A stretch of 60,449 nt of DNA, counting the filler, from Globobulimina sp. (taxonomy: Eukaryota): assembly GCA_003354225.1 (NCBI GenBank). It is 12 parts of 12 records of this genome, joined end to end, with 100 filler letters (N's around TTAATTAATTAA, not from the genome) between each part and the next. Parts side by side here need not be neighbours in the genome. Positions count along the whole stretch, not along the records: positions 20,201 to 25,146 come from PIVH01000823.1; positions 25,247 to 30,191 come from PIVH01000824.1; positions 30,292 to 35,236 come from PIVH01000825.1; 9 more parts are not named here. One strand, written 5' to 3'. Below the pieces are notes generated by a model that did not search any database, had not been told where the DNA came from, and saw only the letters and a program-made list of their open reading frames with translations. This document shows positions 24,850-35,079 of the stretch, piece by piece (position 1 is the stretch's first letter; every line of letters begins with the position of its first letter). Both the position numbers and the translations under genes were made by a program.

Positions 24850-25910
24850 TTTAAATGTTTTAATTTTTATTTTTTTGGGTCAAGATTGTCATGTTTTCTT
24901 TTGTTGACAAATACTTTTGTTGTGTTTTTGTTTTGTTTTACTATATAGCTACCGGTATGTATTAGTTTTTTTTTTATGTTTATATTATATTTTAATATCT
25001 TCAAAACTCATATTTTATATTTATTTGTTTTTTCTTTTTTAATTGCGTTAATTCCCAGTGGTATTAGGCTGTTGTATTGCAAATAAAAATAAAATGTGAG
25101 TTTTTTTGATGTTAACTGCTTATGGTTTGTACTCATATTTCTCATGNNNNNNNNNNNNNNNNNNNNNNNNNNNNNNNNNNNNNNNNNNNNTTAATTAATT
25201 AANNNNNNNNNNNNNNNNNNNNNNNNNNNNNNNNNNNNNNNNNNNNAAAAATTGATTTTTTTTCGGCGCACATTTTTTTCATTATTATGTGTTCAATTTG
25301 TAAGATTTTTTTATGTAACATATAGTAAATGAATTGCTCTTTCAGATAGGCTTATATAGGATTATATATAGGATTATAGGCATAATAATTTACGGTCCAT
25401 GCTTTTAAGATTTCACGGTCGACGCACACGCAAAATATTACATATGTCCGATTTTTTTGGAATTTTTTATTACAGTTTGCTTGTTTACTTGTTTGCTTAT
25501 TAAATGTGGTTGTTTTTTTGTAAATTACATATTTTAATGTCCGTTCAACAAAAATAGAAATCTTTGCACTTTTGGTCTTTTACAGCCATCCATTCGAACA
25601 TTTAGACCGACAAACTGATAGTAGAAGGGTTCAAAGCAACACCAAGTTCGATGCATGATCTTTTAGCAATCGAATAACCTCCTCCATATATTTTTGTTGT
25701 CTTTTACTCGTGTTTAAGCCATATAAACAAGTTCACACTGTCTATCAATCATTACATATGTATGTAAGTGAATAACAAAGCCGCGAAGTTGTTTTGCAAT
25801 TATCTCACTATTTATTATTAGTTTCATACAATTTTAGTATTTTTAAATTATTTTTTAAAAAATTTAAATAGTCGTCCGGAAATGGGGAAGTCCGGAACTG
25901 GGTGTATGCC

Positions 25911-26352
25911 GTTTGTAACCTAGGGTAAAAAATGTGGCTGAATTCAATAGAGCTACTCAGAAACTGCCAAAATTTCGTTTTTATACCGTATTCGGGTCCC
26001 AAAGCGAAAACGGATTCAAAACTTAAAAATATCCAAACTGCCTTTTAAATTTCGTATATGTTTGTAACCTAGGGTAAAAAAATGTGGCTGAATTCAATAG
26101 AGCTACTTAGAAACTGCCAAACTTTCGTTTTTATACCGTAATCGGGTCCCAAAGCGAAAACGGGTACAAAACTTAAAAGTATCCAACCAAACTACAATGA
26201 GTTCGTGAGCGGCACTGTATGCCTTTTAAGTTTCATATACATACAGTATGTTTATAACCTAAGGTATAAAATGTCGCTAAATTCAACAGAACTACTTATA
26301 CTGTCAAACATTTGTTTTTATAGCGGGTCCCGAAGCGGAAACGGGTTCAAAA
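25911..26352 (+). repeat. Tandem repeat, about 125-nt core (two near-identical copies 149 nt apart, one degenerate copy)
   Basis: GTTTGTAACCTAGGGTAAAAAATGTGGCTGAATTCAATAGAGCTACT...CGGGTCCCAAAGCGAAAACGG at about 25911 and 26060, and degenerate at about 26250. Confidence 0.9.
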
Positions 26353-26497
26353 GTTATCAAACAAAACACATCTGACAATGATAGCAGACCTACACCATAA
26401 AACGTCTACAATTTTCATATTTTTTTTCTTATGAAATGATGGAGAAACATACTTGAGAAATTATCGTGTCAAAATGTTGAAATTTGCAAAATCTCCA

Positions 26498-26547
26498 TTT
26501 TCAGCGGGCCATAACTAACCGCTGGGCTAGTTATGGCCCACTGAAAA
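26498..26547. repeat. Inverted repeat / hairpin with 20-nt arms
   Basis: TTTTCAGCGGGCCATAACTA - 10 nt - TAGTTATGGCCCACTGAAAA (one mismatch). Confidence 0.9.
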
Positions 26548-26831
26548 GCTAAAGGGGCTACGGAAGCCCGGTTTGCGCCAAAGTTCTTATATTTTTCTGT
26601 AGATTAAATAAATGCATTAAAAGTTTGGGGTAAATTTTTGGTCCGTCCCTTTAATATGCGATTAAAGAAATAATGGCTGTTAATGCAAGTAATATGAAAC
26701 CGATCAGGCTGAACTTTTAAAACAAAAAACTTGAGGTATAGGAGAATTAGTGGGACAGATAAATGGCCCACCCAGTGTACATTGTCAATTGTTTGTTTCG
26801 AGGCCAAAATAACATAATCGATTTATAAATT

Positions 26832-27033
26832 GGGTAATTACCCATGTATATTGCCATATATGGTAACTATTACCATGTATGATAACTGTTACCATATGGT
26901 AACTATTACCATACATGGTAATAGTTACCATATGGAAATACAACAGCTTCTATTACCATATATGGTAATAGTTACCATATATAGTAATAGTTACCATATA
27001 TGGTAATAATAAACATATAATAGTTACCATATA
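26832..27033. repeat. Array of self-complementary units TTACCAT(AT)ATGGTAA
   Basis: Roughly 8-9 variants of the palindrome separated by CTA/TAG/CTG-type linkers. Confidence 0.9.
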
Positions 27034-27062
27034 GTGCAATACACTGACTCGTATTGCCCTAT

Positions 27063-27170
27063 TACCGTATATACTATAATAGAAGCCCGGGGCTTCTATT
27101 TTTTCAGACAGGCTTTAGGGGGGCGTCTATTATATGTAGGGGCTTCTATTAAAGGGAGGGCTTCTATTTT
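27063..27170 (+). mobile_element. Possible left end of a Tc1/mariner (Tc2/pogo-like) non-autonomous element
   Basis: Starts TA-CCGTA, followed by the palindrome AATAGAAGCCC-G-GGGCTTCTATT and repeated GGGCTTCTATT subterminal motifs. No matching right end was seen in the contig. Confidence 0.4.
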
Positions 27171-27594
27171 TCCAACTCTGAATTCGGTACTGGTACACAT
27201 AGAAAACCGTACTAAATTTATGAAAAATCAACTAATTTTCATCAAATATAGTGCTTTTTAAACTGCCAACAGCCCAAACGACTAAAGAGATTACTTTGTA
27301 AAAGTTTCGGCAAGTTATTGAAAATTACGGATTTGAAATAGTGGAAAAGCTGACATAACTGTTATGTTACAGAGACAGTGATCATATTTGCTATCTATCA
27401 GCGATCAGATCAGTGTTTCTACCACAAAAAATCTATATTGTCTCATCTTCTTGTTGTTTCTTTTGTTTTTGGACATTTTCACCTTTTGTCACTCTGTCAG
27501 TCCAGTACATTTCAAAGATTATCTATGGACGCAAAAGCGATCGGTGCCCAGCGTCCTTATTTTCATAAACTTCATTTTTAGACAGTACACATAA

Positions 27595-27959
27595 CAGTTC
27601 GGGCTTAGGCTTAGCTTTTGGCCATCGAGCTTGCAAAGCCTAAGAAAGAAGCCCGTCTTTAGGGGTTGACCTAAAACTAAGCACTAAGCAAAACACCTAA
27701 ATATAAAGAAATCGAAAAGGGCAAAAAGAGGGTTTTCGCGATTAACTTTTTTGTCTAACTTTGGGTGACCCAGTTCGGGCTTATTAGGCTTAGCCTTTGG
27801 CTTCTCGCTCAATTCGCGAGCTCGATAGCCAAATGCTAAGCCAGAAGCCCATCTTTAGGGGTTGACCTAAAACTAAGCACTAAGCAAAACACCTAAAGAA
27901 GAAATCGAAAAGGGCAAAAAGAGGGTTTTCGCGATTTAACTTTTTTGTCTAACTTTGGT
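27595..27959 (+). repeat. Tandem duplication, two copies of about 175-190 nt
   Basis: CAGTTCGGGCTTA...TCTTTAGGGGTTGACCTAAAACTAAGCACTAAGCAAAACACCTAAA...GTCTAACTTTGG occurs at about 27595 and 27771. Confidence 0.9.
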
Positions 27960-28362
27960 AAAATAAAACTAGGGTAAAACTAGGTAAGCTGCAACAAACT
28001 AGGTAAAACTGGGTAACTAGGTAAAAACTAGATAAATGGCTATAATTAAGTGTAGACAACAAGAGAAGGTCGTAAAAAGCCATGAAATGTATATATTGTT
28101 GCTTTTGGTTGAATAATTCTTGTTTTTGGAACAAAAAGTGTCTGCACACCCGCTAAAATATGATAAAAATAAACACACTTCGGTTCAAGATTGTGTCATT
28201 CTTTTACTAGATAAACTAGGCAACTCACATAAAACTGGGTAAAACTAGGTAAAACTAGGTATTTAGCTAGTTTTCATGGGCTTACCTAGTTTTACCTAGT
28301 TTTTCCAATTTTAGGCATTTTGCAACTAGGTAAAGTAAAACTAGGTAAAGATTATTAAACTA
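27960..28362. repeat. AAAACTAGGTA-type short repeat clusters in both orientations
   Basis: Clusters at 27960-28035 and 28205-28362, including inverted TTACCTAGTTT copies at about 28282-28303. Confidence 0.8.
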
Positions 28363-28852
28363 GTTTGAGTCTTATTAGATCGTTCAGCTCTACGAAAACC
28401 GTTTTTTTTACATTTTTGTCATTTTTGGATATAACCGACCTCAGGAAATCGATAATAACTCGCCAGTATGTAGTGTATGTTAGAAAAATTTTAGAAAACG
28501 AAAATGATCGCCTCGACTAGAGAAACCAAATGCAGTACCCATATTTCACTCAGAGGAAAACACGAAAACCCGTTTTTTAAGGATTGAGCAAAATGTGGGT
28601 CAATTTGCGAAATCTGGAATTCTAACTGCGGAACCGTGTCGACCTCGGTCTTGCGAGCAACTTTTGTACAAAAAAACATTTTTGATCCGAGGGTGTATAT
28701 ACTATGACGCCTAATTTGTTTAAATGTCTTTGACGAATGGTGCTTAAAAAAATAGAAAAAACTGCTGTTTTTGCAAATTTTTGAGTTTTATTATGGAAAA
28801 AACGAAATGCGCTTGGCATTAGGGGAAGCAATGTAGAGGAAACTATCCATCC

Positions 28853-29230
28853 GATATGTTCGGATCGTAAAATCACAGAAATCGTCACCGAATCGTTAGT
28901 TATCTGCCAAATCTCGGGATAATGGGAAACCGATCGGATCGCCGAAAATCGACTTTCTATCCATCTAAAGTGCTTGAAAACGATTTAGAACTATACATGC
29001 GATATGTCCGGATCGCAAAATCACAGATATCTTTACGGAATCGGCCGTAATCTGCCAAATCTCGGGATAATGGGAAACCGACCGGAAAATCGACTTTCTA
29101 TCCATCTAAAGTGTTAGAATCATGTGATCACATATTGCAGTTACAGTTATCATATTTCAAACAAGTTACCATATTGCAATCATGTGATCACATATTGCAG
29201 TTACAGTGATCATATTGCAAACAAGTTACA
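28853..29230 (+). repeat. Two adjacent tandem duplications (about 130-nt pair, then a 60-nt pair)
   Basis: GATATG.TCGGATCG.AAAATCACAGA...ATCTGCCAAATCTCGGGATAATGGGAAACCGA...CCATCTAAAGTG occurs twice; AATCATGTGATCACATATTGCAGTTACAGT...CAAACAAGTTAC occurs twice with a 60-nt period. Confidence 0.9.
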
Positions 29231-30108
29231 ATCCGATCCGGTTGAAATTTGGCACACCTACTAACATCTGCATCTGGCCACTAGGACTAACTATCCACAA
29301 AAAAATTAGCCCGATCGGTCGATTCGTTCCCGAGATATGGGATTGCAAAGAAGTTTAGTGTCTCTTCTTCTTCTTTCTTCTTGTTGGCAACGTTTGGCCT
29401 TGAAACAAAAAACTCCAAGGATGAATCGCTCGGAAACTTTTCCTACCCCTATGTTATAGGGGTGCAATTTTCCGAATCTGTTGTTAGTTTTTTTCAAAAC
29501 AGACCGGAAGTGGCCTAATTAGCATAATGTCACTAATTAGATCGTTATAAAACTCTTAATAATGGTGGGATTGAGCTGAAATTTGTTTTGGGTGTACCGG
29601 GGACATATACAACCCCAACGCACTTGTCGGTTTTGGTCCGAAGATTCCTGAATCGATGATTCGCGGGGTCCCAAAGTAAAACTGGAATCGCAATAACACC
29701 TTTAATAATGGCCGGATTGAGCTGAAATCCAAAAGTCCAAAAGTAAAACTGGAATCGCTGAAACTGAACTGTAGTTGGTGTTTAGTGTTACAATAATGTG
29801 ATGACATGCCAATAGCTTTTGTATAACAAGAGATAAACCAAACTGTAGTTGGAGTTTAGTGTTACAATAATGCAATGCATGCATGCCAATAGCTTTCCGA
29901 TAACAAGAGATTAAACTAAACTGTTAAGACAAACTAAAAATTTTGTTAGCAGAAGGTGAAAAATTCTAATACAATGAAGGTCTTGGTCACTGTTTAGTAA
30001 GACAAAACCATACTTGTTTCATGCACACATGTGAAAATTTGTTAAAGTCATCCATAGTAGTATTGGGAAAGCCAATGCCACTATTTAATGCAGATATCCG
30101 ATCAATCT

Positions 30109-30181
30109 ATTAATCGATAATCGATATTGGTTATGGAAAATTTTCATAAAATCGATATTTCAATATCGATTATCGATTAAT
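30109..30181. repeat. Perfect inverted repeat with 21-nt arms built from ATCGAT motifs (MITE-like)
   Basis: ATTAATCGATAATCGATATTG ... CAATATCGATTATCGATTAAT. Confidence 0.9.
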
Positions 30182-30291
30182 TTTGTGATCGNNNNNNNNN
30201 NNNNNNNNNNNNNNNNNNNNNNNNNNNNNNNNNNNTTAATTAATTAANNNNNNNNNNNNNNNNNNNNNNNNNNNNNNNNNNNNNNNNNNNN

Positions 30292-31044
30292 TTGTAAAGG
30301 CGTTTTCATGTCCGAACAGAGAAAGTAGAAATCGATGGCGTGCAATCGCCTGCCAGGTACATTTAACCATCGCTTGTTGTCAAAAAAGATGGTAGTCTGA
30401 CGTCCGTTGTCTTCCAATGTGCTCGGATCGGGTACATGTATTTGACGCAACAATGGCAGTTCTCCGACGGGGGTCCAGCAAGGATCAGTCAAACAACGAC
30501 TGCAAAGGTAGAGGGGTCGAAATTGTCCGTATATATCACACACTCGCTCTGCGTCGTGAGTTCCTTTGCCATATTCTTGGTATGGATCGAAACCCAGTAT
30601 ATTTGCCAACTTCTGTGAGAATTTCACCTTCATGTCTCGACCAATTTTCATACGCACTCGTTGTTTCTTATCCAAAAGCTTCTTGTCGAAACTGACACCA
30701 CGGGGTGCTTCATCATCCAGTCTCATCAACAAATAATCGATCTTCGAATAGTGCCCAGGGGCGACGGTATAATTCTTGTTAACCTCGTCATCTTCGTCTC
30801 GATAGTAGACCAGACACTCATCATTTATATTCAAAGGAGAAAAGTCGAGGGAGACTGAGAGCACATTTACTCTAAATTGGGCTTCTTGAGGAACCAAAAG
30901 TATGCTGGCGGGGAAAACGGTGACGAATGAGCCATTGTCATAATATCTGTCCAGTATTTGACCATCTCCCCCAAAATTGTCTCTCGGATCTTCTTTGGTA
31001 CCGCAAAGCAACCGCATACGGTCATGGCACACTTTATCAGACAT
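30292..31044 (-). CDS. Polinton/adintovirus minor capsid (penton)-like protein, 3'-partial
   Basis: DNGSFVTVFP...L, FRVNVLSVS, PGHYSKIDYL, FSQKLANILGF, LYLCS, LPLLRQI, FFDNKRWLNV...IDF follow the motif order I recall for Polinton pentons; it also lies directly downstream of the integrase. Confidence 0.75.
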
Positions 31045-32023
31045 TTTCTGTGGCTAAGAGTTCGTTTTCATGAAAATAACCTTCAACTTTTCTTCCGGAA
31101 CTGTCCTCGACTGTGTAGCTTCTTGGTTGACTCGTTCTCAATCTCGCGATAGTGAAAATTTCGATCGAGTATCCAGGTAGAGATTTTTTCAGGAAAGCGT
31201 TCTTCGAAGTATCCGGTATGGAAATACGGACCAAATCATCAACCTTATACTTCGGTTTGCTTTCTCCGTCCTTGATTCTATCCAATTCAATTAAATATGG
31301 CAGGTATTTTATACGAAATATCTTTCCAAAGTTCTCCACTTTTTGGGCTTCCGTAGGACTGATACCCGTCCTGGACTGAGGCGTGGTGTTTATACTAGAC
31401 AATAGTTCTGGTAGTACAGAGCCGATATCCACTTTTTTTCCAACCCAAGTTTGATATCGATTCAGTTTAGCTCTCAATAATTTAATCGTTTCTTCTGCCA
31501 AAAAACTTTTTTGGCCACGTCCGTGAGTGGTTTTGTGTTCACTTGGGAATGACGACCTCAGGGCAGAGTACTCTGTGCCGAGGTCCGTTCTGATGATGTG
31601 GGGGTAGATTCCTTTTGCTTGTTGTTGGACAATCTTGTTTAATATTCTCAAGGTCGTTTCAGATTTCAAATTTCGTTGATTAGCCGCATATACTTTACCG
31701 GTAAATACGTCTCGACATACGGTTACAAAGGGGAGTTTGGAAAATCGAAAGAGAGCAGAATCGCAAGCCCACGACTGATTAGGTCCAGTTACGACATATT
31801 TTGGGTATCTTAAGGCGCGACCTCTGGGTTTCCTCGGTCTCTTGTGTCGTAAATACACTTGTTGATTTGAAAGAAAGTTCTTTACAGTTTTTCTGTTTAT
31901 CGAAGGTATGTACTTTTGGGCTGTTTTAAACAATAGGTCAGCAGCTGAGAATGATCCAGGACCACTTAGAGTGTAGTACAATTTTTCTAGCAACCGGTTT
32001 TCCTCGCTCCGATCAACAGCCAT
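31037..32023 (-). CDS. Polinton-type retroviral-like (rve/c-integrase) DDE integrase, no chromodomain
   Basis: LEKLYY...PGSFS, VKNFLSNQQVYLRHK, SWACD, DVFTGKVYA, IRTDLGTEY, KSFLAEE, INTTPQSRTGISP, KYKVDDLVRIS, FLKKSLPGYSIEIFTI, YTVED..G..VEGYFHENEL. The likely start is the ATG at 32023 (MAVDRS). Confidence 0.92.
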   Translation of the reverse strand: MAVDRSEENRLLEKLYYTLSGPGSFSAADLLFKTAQKYIPSINRKTVKNFLSNQQVYLRHKRPRKPRGRALRYPKYVVTGPNQSWACDSALFRFSKLPFVTVCRDVFTGKVYAANQRNLKSETTLRILNKIVQQQAKGIYPHIIRTDLGTEYSALRSSFPSEHKTTHGRGQKSFLAEETIKLLRAKLNRYQTWVGKKVDIGSVLPELLSSINTTPQSRTGISPTEAQKVENFGKIFRIKYLPYLIELDRIKDGESKPKYKVDDLVRISIPDTSKNAFLKKSLPGYSIEIFTIARLRTSQPRSYTVEDSSGRKVEGYFHENELLATENV

Positions 32024-32048
32024 TGTATACAATAACCCTGACGTCGTT

Positions 32049-32492
32049 ATGACGAAAGTTACCACTAGTCCCTCAGCACGTCGTTTTGTCGATCTCTTAA
32101 AAGGCTGGCCATGTTTGGTAAAATGCCAACAAAGAGCGCTGATCAAAGATTGCAAGCGTTCATGGTTTACCAAAATATTGAGGTGTGTAAGTTACAGTAT
32201 ATGTACATTTTTGTTATATTATTATTGTTTTTCTAGATTGCTATGGTTTTTCCATGACCGGAAGGAATACATAAGAGATCAAGCATTGAAGGGACGGTTA
32301 GTTTGTCGACATAAAACATTGAAAAAACTGTCCAAGTCAAAAACGACCACTGAACTTTCCTCGATCTTTCTGTCTAATCTGCACCTGTTGGACACTCTGA
32401 GTCAGCTGTTGTACGATTGTGAATCCGAGAAGGAGTGTCGCGAAAAATTGTTTCATTTTATGAAAATCGAAAATGGTAGTACCAGTGAATAA
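32049..32492 (+). CDS. Small basic Polinton-associated protein; probable 54-nt in-frame intron at 32183-32236
   Basis: AG|GTGTGTAAGT...TTGTTTTTCTAG|A has donor, pyrimidine tract and acceptor, and reads through as low-complexity CVSYSICTFLLYYYCFS. The spliced product (LLK...QRALIK...RLVCRHKTLKKLS) loosely resembles the small basic core-like Polinton protein. Confidence 0.5.
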   Translation: MTKVTTSPSARRFVDLLKGWPCLVKCQQRALIKDCKRSWFTKILRCVSYSICTFLLYYYCFSRLLWFFHDRKEYIRDQALKGRLVCRHKTLKKLSKSKTTTELSSIFLSNLHLLDTLSQLLYDCESEKECREKLFHFMKIENGSTSE

Positions 32493-32823
32493 AATTAATG
32501 GATATTATATCGCTTGTCGCATTTGTTATATTTTTCTATTGCAACATTATCAACAATGTGGATTCAGAGGATTCTCTTTATGGTTCGGGCCCCACATTTG
32601 GGATATATTGGTGGAGGAGGACAAAATTTTGTTGAAGACTATAGCCTTAAACTACAAAACTAATCCTATGGCTCGTCAAGAACGAATTTTTGGTCGCTTC
32701 ACCCCCGAAACTTTTTTACAGTGTATTTTTAATGACGAGGAATATTATCTCGATTATTTTTATAACTTGTTTGTTCCACATTTAAACATGAATGTTAGTC
32801 CATTGTCTGTTTTTCATTGGTAA
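32473..32823 (+). CDS. Hypothetical protein (116 aa) in the Polinton-like fragment
   Basis: ATG-initiated; overlaps the previous ORF by 20 nt (virus-like packing); no motif recognised. Confidence 0.5.
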   Translation: MVVPVNKINGYYIACRICYIFLLQHYQQCGFRGFSLWFGPHIWDILVEEDKILLKTIALNYKTNPMARQERIFGRFTPETFLQCIFNDEEYYLDYFYNLFVPHLNMNVSPLSVFHW

Positions 32824-32892
32824 AATTTTATAAATCTGTCTATCTGTCTGAATCATAATAGTTGGTATTTTCCAAAAATTCTTATTTCAACA

Positions 32893-33099
32893 ATGACAGA
32901 CGGCGGACACGTTCATTTAGATTATTATAGAGAAACGATGGAATTACCCAAACCTGGTGGTAGACTGATAACTATGATCGAAGAAGAAGAAGAACAAGAA
33001 GAGCAGAACATCGCGCCGAAACATCGAGTGTCAGCAGAAAGGGTAAGAATAATCGAGCCACCCGGGGGTGTTTGTTTTAAAGGGAAGTCCGGTGGGTGA
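32893..33099 (+). CDS. Small acidic hypothetical protein (68 aa)
   Basis: ATG in an A-rich context (CAACAATG), poly-Glu tract, co-oriented with its neighbours. Confidence 0.4.
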   Translation: MTDGGHVHLDYYRETMELPKPGGRLITMIEEEEEQEEQNIAPKHRVSAERVRIIEPPGGVCFKGKSGG

Positions 33100-33176
33100 T
33101 GGCATATCACTCCCCCTCGTCAATTTTTTAAAGATTTTCTTGGTTTTTTTAGAAGAAAACCATAAAAAGAGCAGTT

Positions 33177-33560
33177 ATGTTTGGAGCGCTAATGTTATTG
33201 CTATCCTATCCTACGATCGCTTCCTCAATCAATCTTTTTGCTGAAACTTCATCTGCAGAGAATCAGAAATGTGAGGAAATATATCTGGAATCCATTCGAG
33301 TGAAAAAATGTCAAGACAAGCTGTTTTTGAGGGACACATCAAAAATGAAGAAATGGTTTGACATAAAGATCAACAACAAGACAAAGATTTATAAGTTTTT
33401 AAAATTTTGTATGAATTATAGAACCAATTATACAATCAAATTTCATTATTTCCCAGATATCACGTATGTAAAAAACAGAAAGGGTTTTAAAAAATTTTAT
33501 ATTAAAAAGAAAAATATACCCAAGAAAGATGTATTGTCTATGTTTCATTTTATCGCATGA
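33177..33560 (+). CDS. Lys-rich hypothetical protein with signal-peptide-like N-terminus (127 aa)
   Basis: Hydrophobic leader MFGALMLLLSYPTIASS, three Cys, basic C-terminal half. Confidence 0.5.
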   Translation: MFGALMLLLSYPTIASSINLFAETSSAENQKCEEIYLESIRVKKCQDKLFLRDTSKMKKWFDIKINNKTKIYKFLKFCMNYRTNYTIKFHYFPDITYVKNRKGFKKFYIKKKNIPKKDVLSMFHFIA

Positions 33561-33912
33561 AATAATTATGTTTTTTGTAATCTATATGTGATTTGAAAAC
33601 TGCTTCATTTTCGTTCTGCATATGGATAAAGCCTTTTAAGCATATTGTTGTCATCCTTCAGGTTCTGAGGAAAAGCACAAGATGGGGATAGCCAACTTTT
33701 TTATGTTCAATGTATGTCCTCATCCGTTTATCGCGATCATAGATTATACTCTATCTCGATTAATTTTTCACCCAAAAAGTGTTTTTGTCAAAACCCACAC
33801 ATAAAATAAATACATATTTTTCAAACTAGTTGTATCGAGTGGGCCACTAGTATATTTATGGCTATTTTAAAATACCAAATCTTTATTTTCTTCTTTCAAT
33901 AGTTACTTACAA

Positions 33913-34599
33913 ATGGCTAAGTCTGTATGTTTCAGTGGGGCTATTGGTTCTGGAAAATCTACTCTGATACAAAATTTAATGAATCATTATGGATCTGACA
34001 AATTAACCGTCAACTCAGAACCAGTGAACGAATGGAGGTGTTTACCAAATGCGGGTTGTGTTGGAGGAGGAGGAGAAATAAACTTGCTTGACATGTTATA
34101 TGTCGATTTAAAGAAAAATTTCTATCCATTTCAATCTTATGTTTTTACAACATTATCCGAAAAAGCACTGCATCACCATGAAATTAAAATGAAAGATGAT
34201 AAAATGATGCTTTCAGAAAGAAGCCTCCATGATGCTTGGTTCATATTTTCCAAAATCGGATTTGAAATGAACTATTTGAATGACATTCAATACTCAGTAC
34301 TTGCAGCGCAATATAAAGCAATGATTTTACATAATCCTTTGGCATATAAATATGATCTGACATTTTATCTTAAAATCAGCAGTGACACATCCATTGAGCG
34401 TGTTAATTCCCGTTCTAGAGCTGAAGAACGAACTTCCACCCCAAATTATTTATCAAGTGTAGTCGAAAAATATAACAATTTTTATTCAAAATCAAATGAA
34501 CTAATTGCTGCATATCCTGTAGTAATTGAAATAGTTGCAAACCAATCCATCGATGTCGTTAAGAAACAAGTGATTGAACATATTTCTATTTTATTTTAA
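33913..34599 (+). CDS. Deoxynucleoside kinase (dNK family)
   Basis: P-loop GAIGSGKST, EPVNEW, FQSYVF, LSERS..DA..IF, lid RVNSRSRAEE; intronless, 228 aa. Confidence 0.93.
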   Translation: MAKSVCFSGAIGSGKSTLIQNLMNHYGSDKLTVNSEPVNEWRCLPNAGCVGGGGEINLLDMLYVDLKKNFYPFQSYVFTTLSEKALHHHEIKMKDDKMMLSERSLHDAWFIFSKIGFEMNYLNDIQYSVLAAQYKAMILHNPLAYKYDLTFYLKISSDTSIERVNSRSRAEERTSTPNYLSSVVEKYNNFYSKSNELIAAYPVVIEIVANQSIDVVKKQVIEHISILF

Positions 34600-35079
34600 A
34601 TGTGGTTTTGGTTTCCATATTAAATATAATTGACATTTTAACTCAAAATCGTTCCCAGGGTGTGTGGTTACCATTTTTGTTAGGTTACTGTAATGAATAA
34701 GGTACCACCTGACCATCTTTTCGAAGGTCTTTTATTATTATGGGGGCTCAACCTACCATTCTGGGATAGGTTAAATGCTCCAATCATATGATTAATAATT
34801 CACTGTTATATTTCCCCCCAATACCTAACAACTTGATTGCAAGATTAACAATAATACATTTGTCTGGGTTCTAACAAAAACATGTTACGTAAAACTTTGG
34901 TTAACTGAAAATGGGGTCAAGTTGCAGTGTATTTTATGTAAGATGTTTTTAACATCGTAACAACAGGTTTAGAAAATACGTGTACATTTTTTTGGTGCAT
35001 TTTCCTTGGAGAGCGGCTACGAAATGGCACGGCAGGTAATCGCGACAAAACCACGACCGACAACACTTGTCCCACTTTC

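Larger units (their letters stand above)
30292..34599. mobile_element. Polinton/Maverick (adintovirus-like) element fragment
   Basis: A Polinton-type integrase is immediately followed by a penton-like ORF (8-nt overlap), with tightly packed small ORFs and a dNK. pPolB, ATPase, protease, major capsid and TIRs are not within the contig. Confidence 0.85.

Noticed and set aside
27601..27615. TTAGGC telomere-like repeat
   Set aside because: Only about two units, internal to a larger duplicated block.
25911..29230. CRISPR-like or RNA-gene arrays among the contig 6 repeats
   Set aside because: Only 2-3 long copies each, no repeat-spacer periodicity, and no tRNA or rRNA fold recognised.
29230..29350. 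Helitron/DINE-like element fragment
   Set aside because: The resemblance (CCGATCGG...CGAGATAT motifs) is only impressionistic; no diagnostic termini could be defined.
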